A stretch of 64,000 nt of DNA from an uncultured Spirochaetota bacterium (GCA_963734495.1 CAVTHK010000009.1:96001-160000), one strand, 5' to 3'; counted from the stretch's first letter, positions 31,168 through 41,552 are shown. Program-made: numbers and translations. The notes: generated by a model not told the origin, from the sequence alone.

Positions 31168-33790
31168 GCCCCTCCGGTCCTTTCGCTCCTCCGCTCGCGA
31201 AGTAGCAGAGCGCCCGCTGGTCGACCGCGTCGGCGGTCAGCAGAATGCGCCGCGCGCCGGGCGCCGCATCCGCGCGCTCGATCACGCGCACGGTCCCGGT
31301 CCACTTTGCCGCGTCCGGCACGAGCGCGAGCAGGCTGTTCGCGCGGGACTCCAGGAAGCGCGTGTCCAGGTAGCTCTCTCCCTGACCGGGAAGCAGGGCG
31401 AGGTAGAGCATGTCCATCTCCACCAGGTCGTTGAGGAAGTGCGTGCCGAGCGAGACGTCCGGCACGAGGTGCTCCCTCATGGCGACGATCTCGACGAGCA
31501 CCGAGACCCGGTTGATGTCGGCGAAGCTCACCGGGACCCCGAGGGCGGGCATCGTCGTTCCCCACCGCCCGGGCCCGAGCAGCACCGTGATCTCCTCCCC
31601 GCCCCTCGGCAGGGCGCGGTTGATCTCGCCCAGCAGCCGCGCGACCTCGTAGCGCGCCTGCTCCGGCAGAGCGCCATAGGCGGCGGGGACGACGTACACG
31701 AAGCGCGCGACGTCCACGTGGCGGCTGTGCCCGATGACGGCGCCCGTCGCCTCCATGATCCGGTCCGCGGGGTCCACTTCGACGCGGGGCACGTCGATCC
31801 GCTCGGTGCCCTGCACCTGCAGCGGGCGGCACTGCACCAGGTTGATCCGGTGCTGCCGGCCTTCGGGAAAGCTCGCCGTGAACTCCACGTCGACCGGGAG
31901 CGCGTAGGCCTCCTGGAGCACGCGCAGCATCTCGCGCATCTCCTCGACGAACGAGGTGCCGGTGAGCAGCTCCGCGAATGTGAGCATCGGGACCTCGACG
32001 GGCCGCCCCTGAGCATCGACCGCCGAGCGGTCCATCGTGACGAGGAGATCGAGGGGAAGGCCGCCCGCCTGCCGCACGACGTCGAAAAAGTGACCCGAGA
32101 CGAGCTGGTTCGCGTCGAGGTCCAGGTAGTCGGCCCGGCGCTGCGCGTAGCGCGTGCCCTGGGCCCCATGCTCCGGCCTGCGGTCGGGCGCGTTCAGCGC
32201 CACGAGGCGGGTGTACTCGTCGTCGGCGCGCTCCACCGCCCGCGTTCCCAGGCCGAAGACGAGCCGGAGGACGCCCGCCTTGGGGTCGATGTCCCTGCTC
32301 CACACGTAGGGGTTGAACGAGTAGCCCACGCCGGCCACCGGCGGGAAGAAGAACCTGCCGTACACGTCGCCGGAGACCCGCATCACCAGCAGCGCCATCT
32401 GCTCGTCCTGGTCGAGCAGGCCGCGCTGCGCGCGGTAGGAGAGCGCCCTCTCGCTCATGGTGCTCGCGTAGATCGCGCGGACCGCCGCGAGAAAGTCCTG
32501 GACCCGCCGCTCCCGCGGCCCCTGGTTCGCGCAGAAGACGCTGTCGTACTTGCCGGCGAAGGCGTTGCCGAAGTTGTCCTCGAGCAGCGAGCTGGAGCGC
32601 ACGATGAAGGGCGACTGCCCGAAGTAGTCGATCATCTCCTCGAACTGCCGGACGGCCTGGTCTTCGAAGGCGCCGGTGAGGATGCGCCGCCTCGCGCGCT
32701 CCGCCCCTTCGAGGAAGCGCTCGGGGTCGCGCTGCTGCTGGCGCGTCCACCAGATGCCGTTGGTCACGAGGAACGTGTAGAACACGTCGCTGCCGACGTA
32801 GAACGAGTCGTGCTCCTCGAGGACGGCCGCGACGCGCGGGCTTCGCTTGCGGAGGATCGCGCGGGCGAGGAGCATGCCGACCGCCTTGCCCCCGATGAGG
32901 CCGGTCCCGATCATCCGCGCGCGCACGTCGATGATGTCCTGCAGGGTGAGGTAGCGCGAAGCGAGCTCGAGCATGGGCTCGTGGCGGGAGAAGACCATCC
33001 GGGCGAGGCGCTGGAACCAGGCCCGCTCGTCGCCCGGCGGGCGCTCGCCCCTCCGGATCGCCTCGAGCACCTCCTGCGCCTCCACGAAGCTCTTTTCCCA
33101 GAAGCCGAGCACGCGATCGGAGCCCAGGCCCGCGTGCTGCGACGTCATGATCTCGGCGATGCGGGAGCTCGCGGTCACCGGCCGGAACTGCCCGTCCTCG
33201 TCCCACACGTGGAGCATGTACATGCTGGGCGAGAAGCGGTGCTGCACCTTGAGCGGCCGCACGTAGAGCCTCCCGCCGTGCCGGTAGGCGTCCAGCACGA
33301 GCTGCGCGGTGTCGGTTACGGCGCGCACCGCGCCGGCCGCGTGGTAGTTGCGCTGCAGCGCGAAGTACGTGACCGTCTCCAGGTCGAAGAGGTAGGGGCA
33401 GGTGAGCATGAAGAAGTTGCCCAGCATCTGGTCCGAATGCCAGGCCAGCGCGAGCTCGGAGAGGCAGTCGAAGAGGTGGTAGGCGCCACGGCCCGCGCGC
33501 TCGATGACGGAGTGGATCCTCGCGATGAAGGTCTCGAAGCCTTCGCCGGGCGAGATCTCGTGCACCTCGAGGCCCGGCCCGGGGGCGACCAGGGGCGGAT
33601 GGCTCGCGAAGCGGAAGTACGCCACGGTGCGCCCCGCTTCGACGGCCCGCTCGCAGAAAGGCCGCGCGAGCTCCCGATAGTCCTCGATCGCGTCGACCTG
33701 CCAGACGATGTTGTCGCCGGCGAGCACGCCCTTGAGCACGCTGTCCAGGCCGGCGATCCCCGTGCTGTGCGCTCTCGCTCCCGCCGCCAT
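31160..33790 (-). CDS. PEP synthetase/PPDK N-terminal (ATP-grasp) domain protein with a degenerate RecA/KaiC-like N-terminus
   Basis: STGIAGLD..L.G...GDNIV; IGGKAVG, VRSSSLLED..AFAGKY, GLGTRAV, VDVEF, QCRPL; C-terminal SLGTHF. Confidence 0.85.
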   Translation of the reverse strand: MAAGARAHSTGIAGLDSVLKGVLAGDNIVWQVDAIEDYRELARPFCERAVEAGRTVAYFRFASHPPLVAPGPGLEVHEISPGEGFETFIARIHSVIERAGRGAYHLFDCLSELALAWHSDQMLGNFFMLTCPYLFDLETVTYFALQRNYHAAGAVRAVTDTAQLVLDAYRHGGRLYVRPLKVQHRFSPSMYMLHVWDEDGQFRPVTASSRIAEIMTSQHAGLGSDRVLGFWEKSFVEAQEVLEAIRRGERPPGDERAWFQRLARMVFSRHEPMLELASRYLTLQDIIDVRARMIGTGLIGGKAVGMLLARAILRKRSPRVAAVLEEHDSFYVGSDVFYTFLVTNGIWWTRQQQRDPERFLEGAERARRRILTGAFEDQAVRQFEEMIDYFGQSPFIVRSSSLLEDNFGNAFAGKYDSVFCANQGPRERRVQDFLAAVRAIYASTMSERALSYRAQRGLLDQDEQMALLVMRVSGDVYGRFFFPPVAGVGYSFNPYVWSRDIDPKAGVLRLVFGLGTRAVERADDEYTRLVALNAPDRRPEHGAQGTRYAQRRADYLDLDANQLVSGHFFDVVRQAGGLPLDLLVTMDRSAVDAQGRPVEVPMLTFAELLTGTSFVEEMREMLRVLQEAYALPVDVEFTASFPEGRQHRINLVQCRPLQVQGTERIDVPRVEVDPADRIMEATGAVIGHSRHVDVARFVYVVPAAYGALPEQARYEVARLLGEINRALPRGGEEITVLLGPGRWGTTMPALGVPVSFADINRVSVLVEIVAMREHLVPDVSLGTHFLNDLVEMDMLYLALLPGQGESYLDTRFLESRANSLLALVPDAAKWTGTVRVIERADAAPGARRILLTADAVDQRALCYFASGGAKGPEGQK

Positions 33791-33961
33791 CCGCGCACCT
33801 CCCGTCGCTCCTCTAGACTACCCACCGGCGGCGTGTTTGGCGAGGGCCATGGATGGCCCGGGCCCGGCGCAGACAGGGATGTCGTCAGCGCCGGGCGAGT
33901 GCCGGGCGAGGGCCGGCAGGGGGCTTTGGCAAGAAGGTCCGTCCGTGTAGAATCCCCGCTC

Positions 33962-35392
33962 ATGGAGACGGGCGTGGGAACGGCAAAGGCGGAGGCCGGG
34001 CAGAAGGCGGCCGAGCGGGTGGCGCTCCTCGTGGCGCTTCCGTCCTCCTTTCTGACACCGTTCATGGGCTCCTCGGCGAACATCGTCCTGCCTTCGATCG
34101 GCGCCGAATTCGGCCTCCCGGCCGTGGCGCTGAGCTGGGTCTCGACCGCCTACCTGCTCGCCGCGGCGGCCTTTCTGCTGCCGTTTGGCCGCATCGCCGA
34201 TATCGTGGGCCGCAAACGCGTGCTGGCCTCGGGGCTCGTCGTCTACAGCCTCGCTTCGCTGCTCTGCGCCCTGGCTCCCAGCGGCACGCTCCTCATCGCG
34301 GCGCGGGTCCTCCAGGGCATCGGCGCCGCCATGACGTTCGCCACGAACGTCGCCATCCTGACCTCGGTGTTCGCGCCGGAGCGGCGGGGCGCCGCGCTCG
34401 GCACGTCGGTCGCCGCCACGTACCTGGGGATGTCGCTCGGGCCGGTGCTCGGCGGGCTGATCACGGAGGCCCTCAGCTGGCGCGCGGTCTTCGCGCTGAG
34501 CATCCCCATCTCATTGACGGGACTGCTCATGCTCACGTGGAAGCTCCACGGGGAGTGGGCCGACGCGCGCGGGGAATCCTTCGACCTGGTCGGCTCGCTC
34601 CTCTTTATGGCCTCGCTCGGCGTCATGATGTACGGCGTCTCCGGCCTCCCGAGCGCGGCGGGGATCGCGATGATCGGCGCCGGGGTTCTCGGGATCGTGG
34701 GCTTCGTCCTCTGGGAGCTGCGCGCGCCGTACCCGGCCCTCAACATGACGCTCTTTCTCCACAACCGGACGTTCGCCTTCTCCAACCTGGCCGCCCTCAT
34801 CAACTACTCGGCGACCGCCACCGTCGGGTTCTTCCTCAGCCTCTACCTGCAGTCGATGCGCGGCCTCACGCCGGAGGCGGCCGGCTTCGTGCTCGTGGCC
34901 CAGCCCGTCTTCCAGGCGATCTTCTCCCCGTTCATGGGCCGTCTCTCGGACCGGGTCGAGCCGCGCGTCCTCGCGTCGGTCGGGATGGGCCTCACCGTGA
35001 TCGGCCTCGGCCTCCTCGGCTTCGTCGGGCGCGAGACGTCGCTTCCGTACATCGTCGCGAGCCTGTCCTTTCTCGGCCTCGGGTTCGCCATGTTCTCGTC
35101 GCCCAACACCAACGCCGTGATGGGCTCCGTGGAAAAACGACAATACGGGATCGCCTCGGCCACGCTGGGCACGATGCGCCTCGTGGGCAACATGCTCAGC
35201 ATGGGCGTGGCCGTGATGCTGCTCGCCCTGCTCATGGGCAACGTTCAGATCCTGCCCGAGCACTTCGACGCGTTCCTCATGTGCATGCGGACCGCCTTCC
35301 CGCTGTTCGCGGTCCTGTGCCTGGCGGGGGTATTCGCTTCGTTCGCGCGCGGGAGGCGGCAGCCGGCCGCACGCGCGCAGCCGTCGGCGTGA
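33962..35392 (+). CDS. MFS transporter (DHA2/EmrB-QacA-like)
   Basis: About 14 TM helices; GRIADIVGRK, ARVLQGIG, GPVLGG, GRLSDR. Confidence 0.9.
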   Translation: METGVGTAKAEAGQKAAERVALLVALPSSFLTPFMGSSANIVLPSIGAEFGLPAVALSWVSTAYLLAAAAFLLPFGRIADIVGRKRVLASGLVVYSLASLLCALAPSGTLLIAARVLQGIGAAMTFATNVAILTSVFAPERRGAALGTSVAATYLGMSLGPVLGGLITEALSWRAVFALSIPISLTGLLMLTWKLHGEWADARGESFDLVGSLLFMASLGVMMYGVSGLPSAAGIAMIGAGVLGIVGFVLWELRAPYPALNMTLFLHNRTFAFSNLAALINYSATATVGFFLSLYLQSMRGLTPEAAGFVLVAQPVFQAIFSPFMGRLSDRVEPRVLASVGMGLTVIGLGLLGFVGRETSLPYIVASLSFLGLGFAMFSSPNTNAVMGSVEKRQYGIASATLGTMRLVGNMLSMGVAVMLLALLMGNVQILPEHFDAFLMCMRTAFPLFAVLCLAGVFASFARGRRQPAARAQPSA

Positions 35393-35410
35393 CGGCGGAA
35401 AGGAAAGGCA

Positions 35411-37198
35411 ATGGCAGACAGCGTGCACGTCTGGGAGAAGGTGGAGATACGCCTCGAGGCGCGCGGGAAGCACGCGAACCCTTACACCGACGTCAAGGTG
35501 TGGGTCGACCTCACGGGCCCCGGGTTCCGCCGCAGGTGCTACGGCTTCTGGGACGGCGGGAGCGAGTTCGCGGTGCGCGTCGCGGCGACGGCCGCGGGCG
35601 AGTGGAAATGGACCAGCGGCTCCGAGCCCTCCGACGCGGGCCTCGCGGGTCGGAGCGGCCGCTTCGAGGCCGTTGAGTGGACCGAGGCCGAGAAGCGCGA
35701 GAACCCCTGCCGCCGCGGCTTTCTCCGCGCCACGGCCAACGGCCGCGCGTTCGAGCACGCCGACGGCACCGCCTGTTTTCTCGTAGGCGATACGTGGTGG
35801 GCCACTCCGACCTTCCGCTTCCCGTGGCGCAAGGGCGACACGGAGGAGACGCCGCGCACGTTCCCGCACTACGTCGCCCTGCGCCGGAAACAGGGCTTCA
35901 ACTGCGTCGCGATTCTCGCGGCGCTGCCCAACTGGGTCGACGACGGCAAGCCGGCGTTCCTCCAGACCGAGGACGGCACGGTCCTGCGAGCGGCCTGGAG
36001 GCAGACCGACACGGGCAGGGCCAAGGCCATGCCCGACGAGGACGGCAACACGCCCTTCCTGTTCCCGGGAAAGATCAAGGGGCACGAGCAGAGCTTCCCG
36101 GACCTCGACCGCATCAACCCCGCGTACTTCCGCAACATGGACCGCAAGATCGACTACCTCAACGCGCACGGCTTTATGCCGTTCGTCGAGGTCTCGCGGC
36201 GCGACATCGGCCAGGGTTGGAAGCGGGCCCACGGCTGGCCGGATTCCTACGTGCGCTACATCCAGTACGTGTGGGCGCGGCTGCAGGCGAACAACTGCCT
36301 CTTGAGCCCGGTGCACTACGACTCCGGCGCGCAGTCGATCACGGCGCCCGAGTGGAACCTCGCGGCCAACTGCGTGATCGACCTCTACGGGGCGCCGCCC
36401 TTCGGCAGCCCGGTCGGATGCAACGCCCACTGGACGTCCCTGCTGGACTTCGGCCACACGCACGAGGCGCGCTGGCTCACCTTCCACCAGAGCGGCAACG
36501 GCCAGAGGCATCACTACACCTACGCCCAGATCACCGACCTCTTCAACACCAACCCGCCCGTGCCGGTGCTCAACGGCGAGCCGCAGTACGAGGGCATGGA
36601 GACGCTCTCGCACCAGCCCGACCCCAACTGGTACTGGGGCGAGGTGCGCGTGCCTCCCTCGCCGAGCGAGGAGAACGCGCGCACGATCCGATCCGCCGCG
36701 TGGGGCAGCGTCCTCAGCGGCGGGCTGGCCGGCCACATCTACGGCTCCGGCGGGTGGGACGGAGGCGTCTGGCGCGGCGACGTCGAGGAGGCGTCGCGCG
36801 TCCGCATCTGGGAGGGGATGCTCTGGCCCGCCGCCGGACAGATGCAGCACCTGCGCACGTTCCTGCTCTCAGAGGGAGCCCGCTACCGCGACCTCGTGCC
36901 GAGCGTCCAGCTCCTCGATCCGAACAGGAGCGGACCCGTGGCGAGCTACGAAGGCTGGTCCTACTGCCTCGCGTCGCCGGAGCGCGACCTGCTGCTCGTC
37001 TACCACGAGAAGGGAACGCCCGCGACCGTGCTCCACGGGCTCGCCCCGCGCGCGAGCTACACCGCGGCCTGGTTCGACCCGCGCACCGGCGAGTGGGACG
37101 GCAAGGTCGTTCTGGCGGCGGACTCGAAGGGGAAGGTGGAGCTGCCGCGGAAACCCGACGACGGCGACTGGGCGCTCAAGGTGATGCGGGCGCGCTGA
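35411..37198 (+). CDS. DUF5060/DUF4038 (GH140 apiosidase-like) protein with a C-terminal collagen-binding-like domain
   Basis: NPY, GFWDGG, ADGT..FLVGDTWW, RRKQGFN, INPAYF..MDRKI, PVLNGEPQYEG, GHIYG, WFDPRTG, DWAL. Confidence 0.75.
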   Translation: MADSVHVWEKVEIRLEARGKHANPYTDVKVWVDLTGPGFRRRCYGFWDGGSEFAVRVAATAAGEWKWTSGSEPSDAGLAGRSGRFEAVEWTEAEKRENPCRRGFLRATANGRAFEHADGTACFLVGDTWWATPTFRFPWRKGDTEETPRTFPHYVALRRKQGFNCVAILAALPNWVDDGKPAFLQTEDGTVLRAAWRQTDTGRAKAMPDEDGNTPFLFPGKIKGHEQSFPDLDRINPAYFRNMDRKIDYLNAHGFMPFVEVSRRDIGQGWKRAHGWPDSYVRYIQYVWARLQANNCLLSPVHYDSGAQSITAPEWNLAANCVIDLYGAPPFGSPVGCNAHWTSLLDFGHTHEARWLTFHQSGNGQRHHYTYAQITDLFNTNPPVPVLNGEPQYEGMETLSHQPDPNWYWGEVRVPPSPSEENARTIRSAAWGSVLSGGLAGHIYGSGGWDGGVWRGDVEEASRVRIWEGMLWPAAGQMQHLRTFLLSEGARYRDLVPSVQLLDPNRSGPVASYEGWSYCLASPERDLLLVYHEKGTPATVLHGLAPRASYTAAWFDPRTGEWDGKVVLAADSKGKVELPRKPDDGDWALKVMRAR

Positions 37199-37256
37199 GG
37201 CGAGGGAGCCGCGGCCGCGCGCAGCGGAAGGGCCGCCCGGCGGCGGCCTTCTTCCA

Positions 37257-38132
37257 TTATCCCTTGAGCCCGCTGGTGGCGATCCCCTCGACGATGTAGC
37301 GCTGGAACGCGACGAAGACCAGCAGCATCGGGATCAGCGAGAGGAAGCTCATCGCGTAGATCGCGCCCCAGTCGCTCTGAGCCGAGGGATCCGCGAACGT
37401 GCGCAGAGCCACGGAGATCACGTAGAGCTTCGGGCTGTTCAGGTAGATCAGCGGGTGCAGGAAGTCGCCCCAGGTCCAGTAAAAGGAGAAGATGGCGGCC
37501 GTGATCATCGCGGGGGCGACGAGCGGCGTCATGATGCGCGTGAACACGCCGAAACGCCCGTAGCCGTCGATGGCCGCGGCCTCGTCGAGCTCGACCGGGA
37601 CGCTTCTGATGAACTGCATGATCATGAAAATGAAGAAGGCCTGCCCGCAGAGCCTGGGCAGCAGCAGCGGGACGAATGTGTTGATGAGCTTGAGCCTGCT
37701 GAAGAGCAGGTACTGCGGGATGACCTGGATCTCGGCCGGCAGCATCAGCGTGAGCAGCATGCACGTGAACCAGAAGGTGCGGCCCGGGAACCTGATCCGC
37801 GCGAAGCCGAAGGCGATGAGCGAGGAGGACGCGACGGCGAACACGGTGCCCAGGCCCGAGAAGATGATCGAGTTCTTGTAGAACACCGCGAACGAGATCC
37901 CGCCGAAACCCCTCCAACCGTTGATGTAGTTCTCGAGGGTCGGCTTGTTCGGCCAGAGCGCCGACAGGTTGGCCCACACTTCGTCGGCGGGCTTGAGGGA
38001 GCTGCCCGCCAGCCAGAGCAGCGGATAGACCATCGCGATCCCGGCGACAGCCACCAGCAGGTGGAACGCCAGCGTCTGCCCGGACTTGCGGAGCCTCTGC
38101 CGGGCCGGGATGTCGAAGGGCGTGGCACTCAT
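37257..38132 (-). CDS. Carbohydrate ABC transporter permease
   Basis: PTLENY, ELDEAAAIDG, EGIATSGLKG. Confidence 0.92.
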   Translation of the reverse strand: MSATPFDIPARQRLRKSGQTLAFHLLVAVAGIAMVYPLLWLAGSSLKPADEVWANLSALWPNKPTLENYINGWRGFGGISFAVFYKNSIIFSGLGTVFAVASSSLIAFGFARIRFPGRTFWFTCMLLTLMLPAEIQVIPQYLLFSRLKLINTFVPLLLPRLCGQAFFIFMIMQFIRSVPVELDEAAAIDGYGRFGVFTRIMTPLVAPAMITAAIFSFYWTWGDFLHPLIYLNSPKLYVISVALRTFADPSAQSDWGAIYAMSFLSLIPMLLVFVAFQRYIVEGIATSGLKG

Positions 38133-38133
38133 C

Positions 38134-39096
38134 CTACCGGCCCTCCTTGCTCTCGTAGTGGACCCAGTACGGGGAACTCCTGAACACGGCGGCGGTGGCA
38201 AGAGCGATGAATACGAGCAGCACCCACGCCATCCCCGATCCGTAACCCATCTCCAGCGTCCTGAATGCCCTCTGATAGAGGTAGAGGGCGTAGAGGTTCG
38301 TCGTGTCGAGGGGCGCCCCCGTGCCGTTGGTCAGGATGAAGGCCGGTGTGAACGCGGTGAATCCCGCGATGATCTGCAGGATCAGATTAAAGAAGATGAT
38401 CGGCGAGAGCATCGGGAGCGTGATCGAGAAGAAACGGCGCGCCCTCCGCGCCCCGTCGATCGAGGCGCTCTCGTAGAGCTCGGGCGGGATCTGCTTGAGC
38501 CCCGCGAGGAAGATGAGCATCGGCGAGCCGAACTGCCAGACGGCCAGGAGGATGAGCGTCCAGATCGCCGTTCGCGGATCGCCGAGCCACTCGAGGCTGG
38601 TCCTGATGCCGACCATGGTGAGGATCGCGTTGACGAGGCCCCTGCCGCCGAAGATCTCCCTCCACATCACCGCCACGGCCACGCTGCCGCCCACGATCGA
38701 AGGCGCGTAGAAGACCGCGCGGTAGAACTCGATGAAGCGGCGCGAGGACTTGAGCACCATCGCCACGGCCAGCGCGAACGCCAGCCTGAGCGGGACGGAA
38801 ACAAAGGCGAAGTAGAAGGTCGCCTCGACGCTCTTCCAGTACCTGGCGTCATCGAAGAACATGGTGCGGAAATTCGCGAAGCCGGCCCACCTCGGAGCGG
38901 ACAGCAGGTCATAGCGCGTGAAAGAGAGCAGAAGAGTCGCCGCCATCGGGATCAGGGTGATGCCAAGAAAACCGATCAGCCACGGGGCGATGAACAGGTA
39001 CCCGTCGATCGCGTCGCGCTTCCAGCGCCGGCCGCGGATGTGCGCCCTGGTCGCCGCGGCGACGCCGCGGGCGGTGACACGCGTGCTTTCGCTCAT
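38134..39096 (-). CDS. Carbohydrate ABC transporter permease
   Basis: GYLFIAPWLIG, GLKQIPPELYESASIDGA, MGYGSGMAW. Confidence 0.92.
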   Translation of the reverse strand: MSESTRVTARGVAAATRAHIRGRRWKRDAIDGYLFIAPWLIGFLGITLIPMAATLLLSFTRYDLLSAPRWAGFANFRTMFFDDARYWKSVEATFYFAFVSVPLRLAFALAVAMVLKSSRRFIEFYRAVFYAPSIVGGSVAVAVMWREIFGGRGLVNAILTMVGIRTSLEWLGDPRTAIWTLILLAVWQFGSPMLIFLAGLKQIPPELYESASIDGARRARRFFSITLPMLSPIIFFNLILQIIAGFTAFTPAFILTNGTGAPLDTTNLYALYLYQRAFRTLEMGYGSGMAWVLLVFIALATAAVFRSSPYWVHYESKEGR

Positions 39097-39115
39097 GCCC
39101 GGCCCTCCGGATAGA

Positions 39116-39141
39116 GGCGGCTCCCGCTGCCGGGAGCCGCC
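39116..39141 (-). terminator. Stem-loop between the solute-binding protein and permease genes (stabiliser/attenuator)
   Basis: Perfect 11-bp stem GGCGGCTCCCG-ctgc-CGGGAGCCGCC. Confidence 0.55.
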
Positions 39142-39158
39142 GGTTTGCGTCTACTCGT

Positions 39159-40469
39159 CTACTTCTGCAGGATCGCGGGGCCTTTCTCGCGCAGCAGGGC
39201 GACCGCCTGCTCGGGCGTGATCTTCTCGAACATGAAGCCCGCGACCACCTGCGGCAGGTAGAGGTTGCTGACGAGGTCCGGATGGCCCTTCGGGTCCGGC
39301 GGCGGGATCGGGCTCGCGTCCTTCTCGACCTTCGCCACGTAGTCGAAGCTCTCCTTGGCGGCCCTGTCGAGCAGCGGCTTCAGCGCCTCCTGCACCTTGG
39401 CCGAGATCGGGATCCCGCGCTCGGCCAGCAGGACCTTGTTGGCTTCGATGTCGTTGGTGAAGAAGCTGATGAACCTCGCCGCCTCCTCCTTGGCCTTTGC
39501 CTGGGTGGTCACGGAAAAGAACTGCGACGGCTTGACGAAGTTGCCGGGCTTGCCGCCGGGCAGGCGCGGGAGGTGGATCCCCTGGAAGTTGCGGCTCGCG
39601 CCCGCAGCCTTCCATACGGCGACGATCTGGTTGCTCCAGAAGTAGCCGATCGACGACTTGCCCGCGACGATCGGCTGCGCCTCGACGCTCTTGTTGACGT
39701 AGTTGGCGAGATCGACGTCATAGCCCGGGTGGGCCTTGGCGTGCACGAGCCGGAGGATCATCTTGAAGTGGTTCACGAGGATGCTGTCGTCGGTGTACCC
39801 GAGGTTCTTCCCGTCCGCCGTGTACCGCCACTGGCCGTTGCTCATGTAGAGCGACCCCCAGATCTGCTCGTCCCAGAGGCTGGCGCCGCCGCCCATCCCC
39901 CATTTGCCGAGCTTCGCCGAGAGACCCAGGGCGGTCTGCTCGAACTCCGGCCACGTCCACTGCTCGCGCGGCACCGCCATCCCCGCCTTCTGGAAGTCAT
40001 CGAGGTCCAGGAAGAAGGTCTGCGAGTTGCTGCCGAGGTTGACCGCGTACAGCTTGCCGCCGATGCGTCCGCCCGCCAGCGCCGAGTCGGACACATTGGA
40101 GAAGTCCATGATCCCCGACTTGATGTAGTCGTCCAGGGGCTGGAGCAGGTTCTTGTTCTGCCATTCTCCGATGTAGGCGTAGTCCTGCTGCATCACGTCG
40201 GGCAGGCCGCCGCCCGCGGCCATCGTGGTGAGCTTGGTCCAGTAGTCGCCCCAGTTCGCGAACTCGTAGTTGATCGTGACGTTCGGGTGCTGCGCCTGAT
40301 ACATCTGGATCACCTTGATCGTGCGGTCGTGACGGGCCTGTGAGCCCCACCAGGTGGCCCGCATGTCGATCTTCTTGGCCGTGCCGGCGCTCTCCGACGT
40401 TCCCTCGGCGAACGCGAAACCCGCGCCGAGCAATACCAGCGCGGCGAATGCTGCCAGGAGCCTTCTCAT
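39159..40469 (-). CDS. Carbohydrate ABC transporter solute-binding protein
   Basis: Signal peptide; WWGSQARH, YWTKLTT, LPDVMQ, WTW, KPSQ, ERGIP. Confidence 0.92.
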   Translation of the reverse strand: MRRLLAAFAALVLLGAGFAFAEGTSESAGTAKKIDMRATWWGSQARHDRTIKVIQMYQAQHPNVTINYEFANWGDYWTKLTTMAAGGGLPDVMQQDYAYIGEWQNKNLLQPLDDYIKSGIMDFSNVSDSALAGGRIGGKLYAVNLGSNSQTFFLDLDDFQKAGMAVPREQWTWPEFEQTALGLSAKLGKWGMGGGASLWDEQIWGSLYMSNGQWRYTADGKNLGYTDDSILVNHFKMILRLVHAKAHPGYDVDLANYVNKSVEAQPIVAGKSSIGYFWSNQIVAVWKAAGASRNFQGIHLPRLPGGKPGNFVKPSQFFSVTTQAKAKEEAARFISFFTNDIEANKVLLAERGIPISAKVQEALKPLLDRAAKESFDYVAKVEKDASPIPPPDPKGHPDLVSNLYLPQVVAGFMFEKITPEQAVALLREKGPAILQK

Positions 40470-40517
40470 GAGCTTCCTCCCTGTCGTTGACTTGCGCTTC
40501 CCACGGGCGCTCCCTTG

Positions 40518-40546
40518 ATACTAATGCCGCTTCGACACGGGTACAA
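40518..40546 (-). promoter_or_regulatory. sigma70-type promoter of the ABC operon
   Basis: Minus strand TTGTAC, 17-bp spacer, TAGTAT. Confidence 0.6.
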
Positions 40547-40551
40547 GATAC

Positions 40552-41490
40552 TCACGCTTGACGCCCGCGCGGCCGCAGCAGCCAGACGGCGAGCAGGATG
40601 AGCACGCCGCCCGCGATCTGCGAGGGCCCCAGCCTCTCGCCCAGCAGCAGGTACGCGAGAGCCGCGGCGATGACGGGCTCGAGCGTGGCCACCAGGCTCG
40701 CGACGCTCACGGGGACGGAGCGCACGCCCGCGGCGTAGGCGACGGACGCGCCGACGGTAGGCCCGGCGGCGAGCAGCAGCAGCCACGCGAGGGTCGCCGG
40801 ATCGCGGACGGCGCCCGCGAGCCGGGCAAGCCCGGCAGGCGCGGCGACGGGCTGCACGGCGAGGAGCACGGCGCCACCCGCGAGCATCCCGTAGCACTGG
40901 AAGGTCCACGGCGACGCGTACCGCACGCCGATCGAATTGAAGACGCTCCACAGGGCGTAGGTGAAGCCGGCGGCCAGGCCCCACAGCACGCCCGCCGGCC
41001 CGACGGGCACGGCGCCCCAGGGCGACACGCCCGCGACCAGGGCCGCGCCGGCGAGGGTGAGGGCCAGGGCGGCGAGATGCACGCGCGAGAGCCGCTCGCC
41101 GAGGAAGCGCCACGCGATGAGCGCGACCCAGGCGGGCGCGGTGTACAGCAGCACCGACGCGACCGCCACCCCGGCCGTGATCACGGCGTAAACGTAGCTG
41201 GCGTAGAAGACGGCGACGCCGACCACGCCGTAGGCGAGGGTGATCGCGAGGGCCTTCGCGCCGATGCGCAGCGCCGGGCGGCGGATCGCGGCCAGTCCCG
41301 CGAGCAGCAGCAGGCCGCCGAGCCCGGCCCGCGCGGCCGCTACCGCGAGGGGCGGGAGGCCGCGGCTGCCCGCGAGGTGGCTGTAAATGATGCCGATGGT
41401 GGCCCAGAGCGAAGCGGCGAGCAGCACAAGGAGGTACCCGCGGGCGGTGGCAGCGGCGCGCTGTGTGCCGGAGGCGGTCTCGGCCTTCAT
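40552..41490 (-). CDS. EamA/DMT family transporter
   Basis: About 10 TM helices; LYTAP, LGERL twice, LEPVIAA. Confidence 0.9.
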   Translation of the reverse strand: MKAETASGTQRAAATARGYLLVLLAASLWATIGIIYSHLAGSRGLPPLAVAAARAGLGGLLLLAGLAAIRRPALRIGAKALAITLAYGVVGVAVFYASYVYAVITAGVAVASVLLYTAPAWVALIAWRFLGERLSRVHLAALALTLAGAALVAGVSPWGAVPVGPAGVLWGLAAGFTYALWSVFNSIGVRYASPWTFQCYGMLAGGAVLLAVQPVAAPAGLARLAGAVRDPATLAWLLLLAAGPTVGASVAYAAGVRSVPVSVASLVATLEPVIAAALAYLLLGERLGPSQIAGGVLILLAVWLLRPRGRQA

Positions 41491-41552
41491 CGGCGGCGAG
41501 GATGCTCCATCCCGGCCGGGCGGCGCAAGAGCTTCGTGAGTATCCTGGAGGC

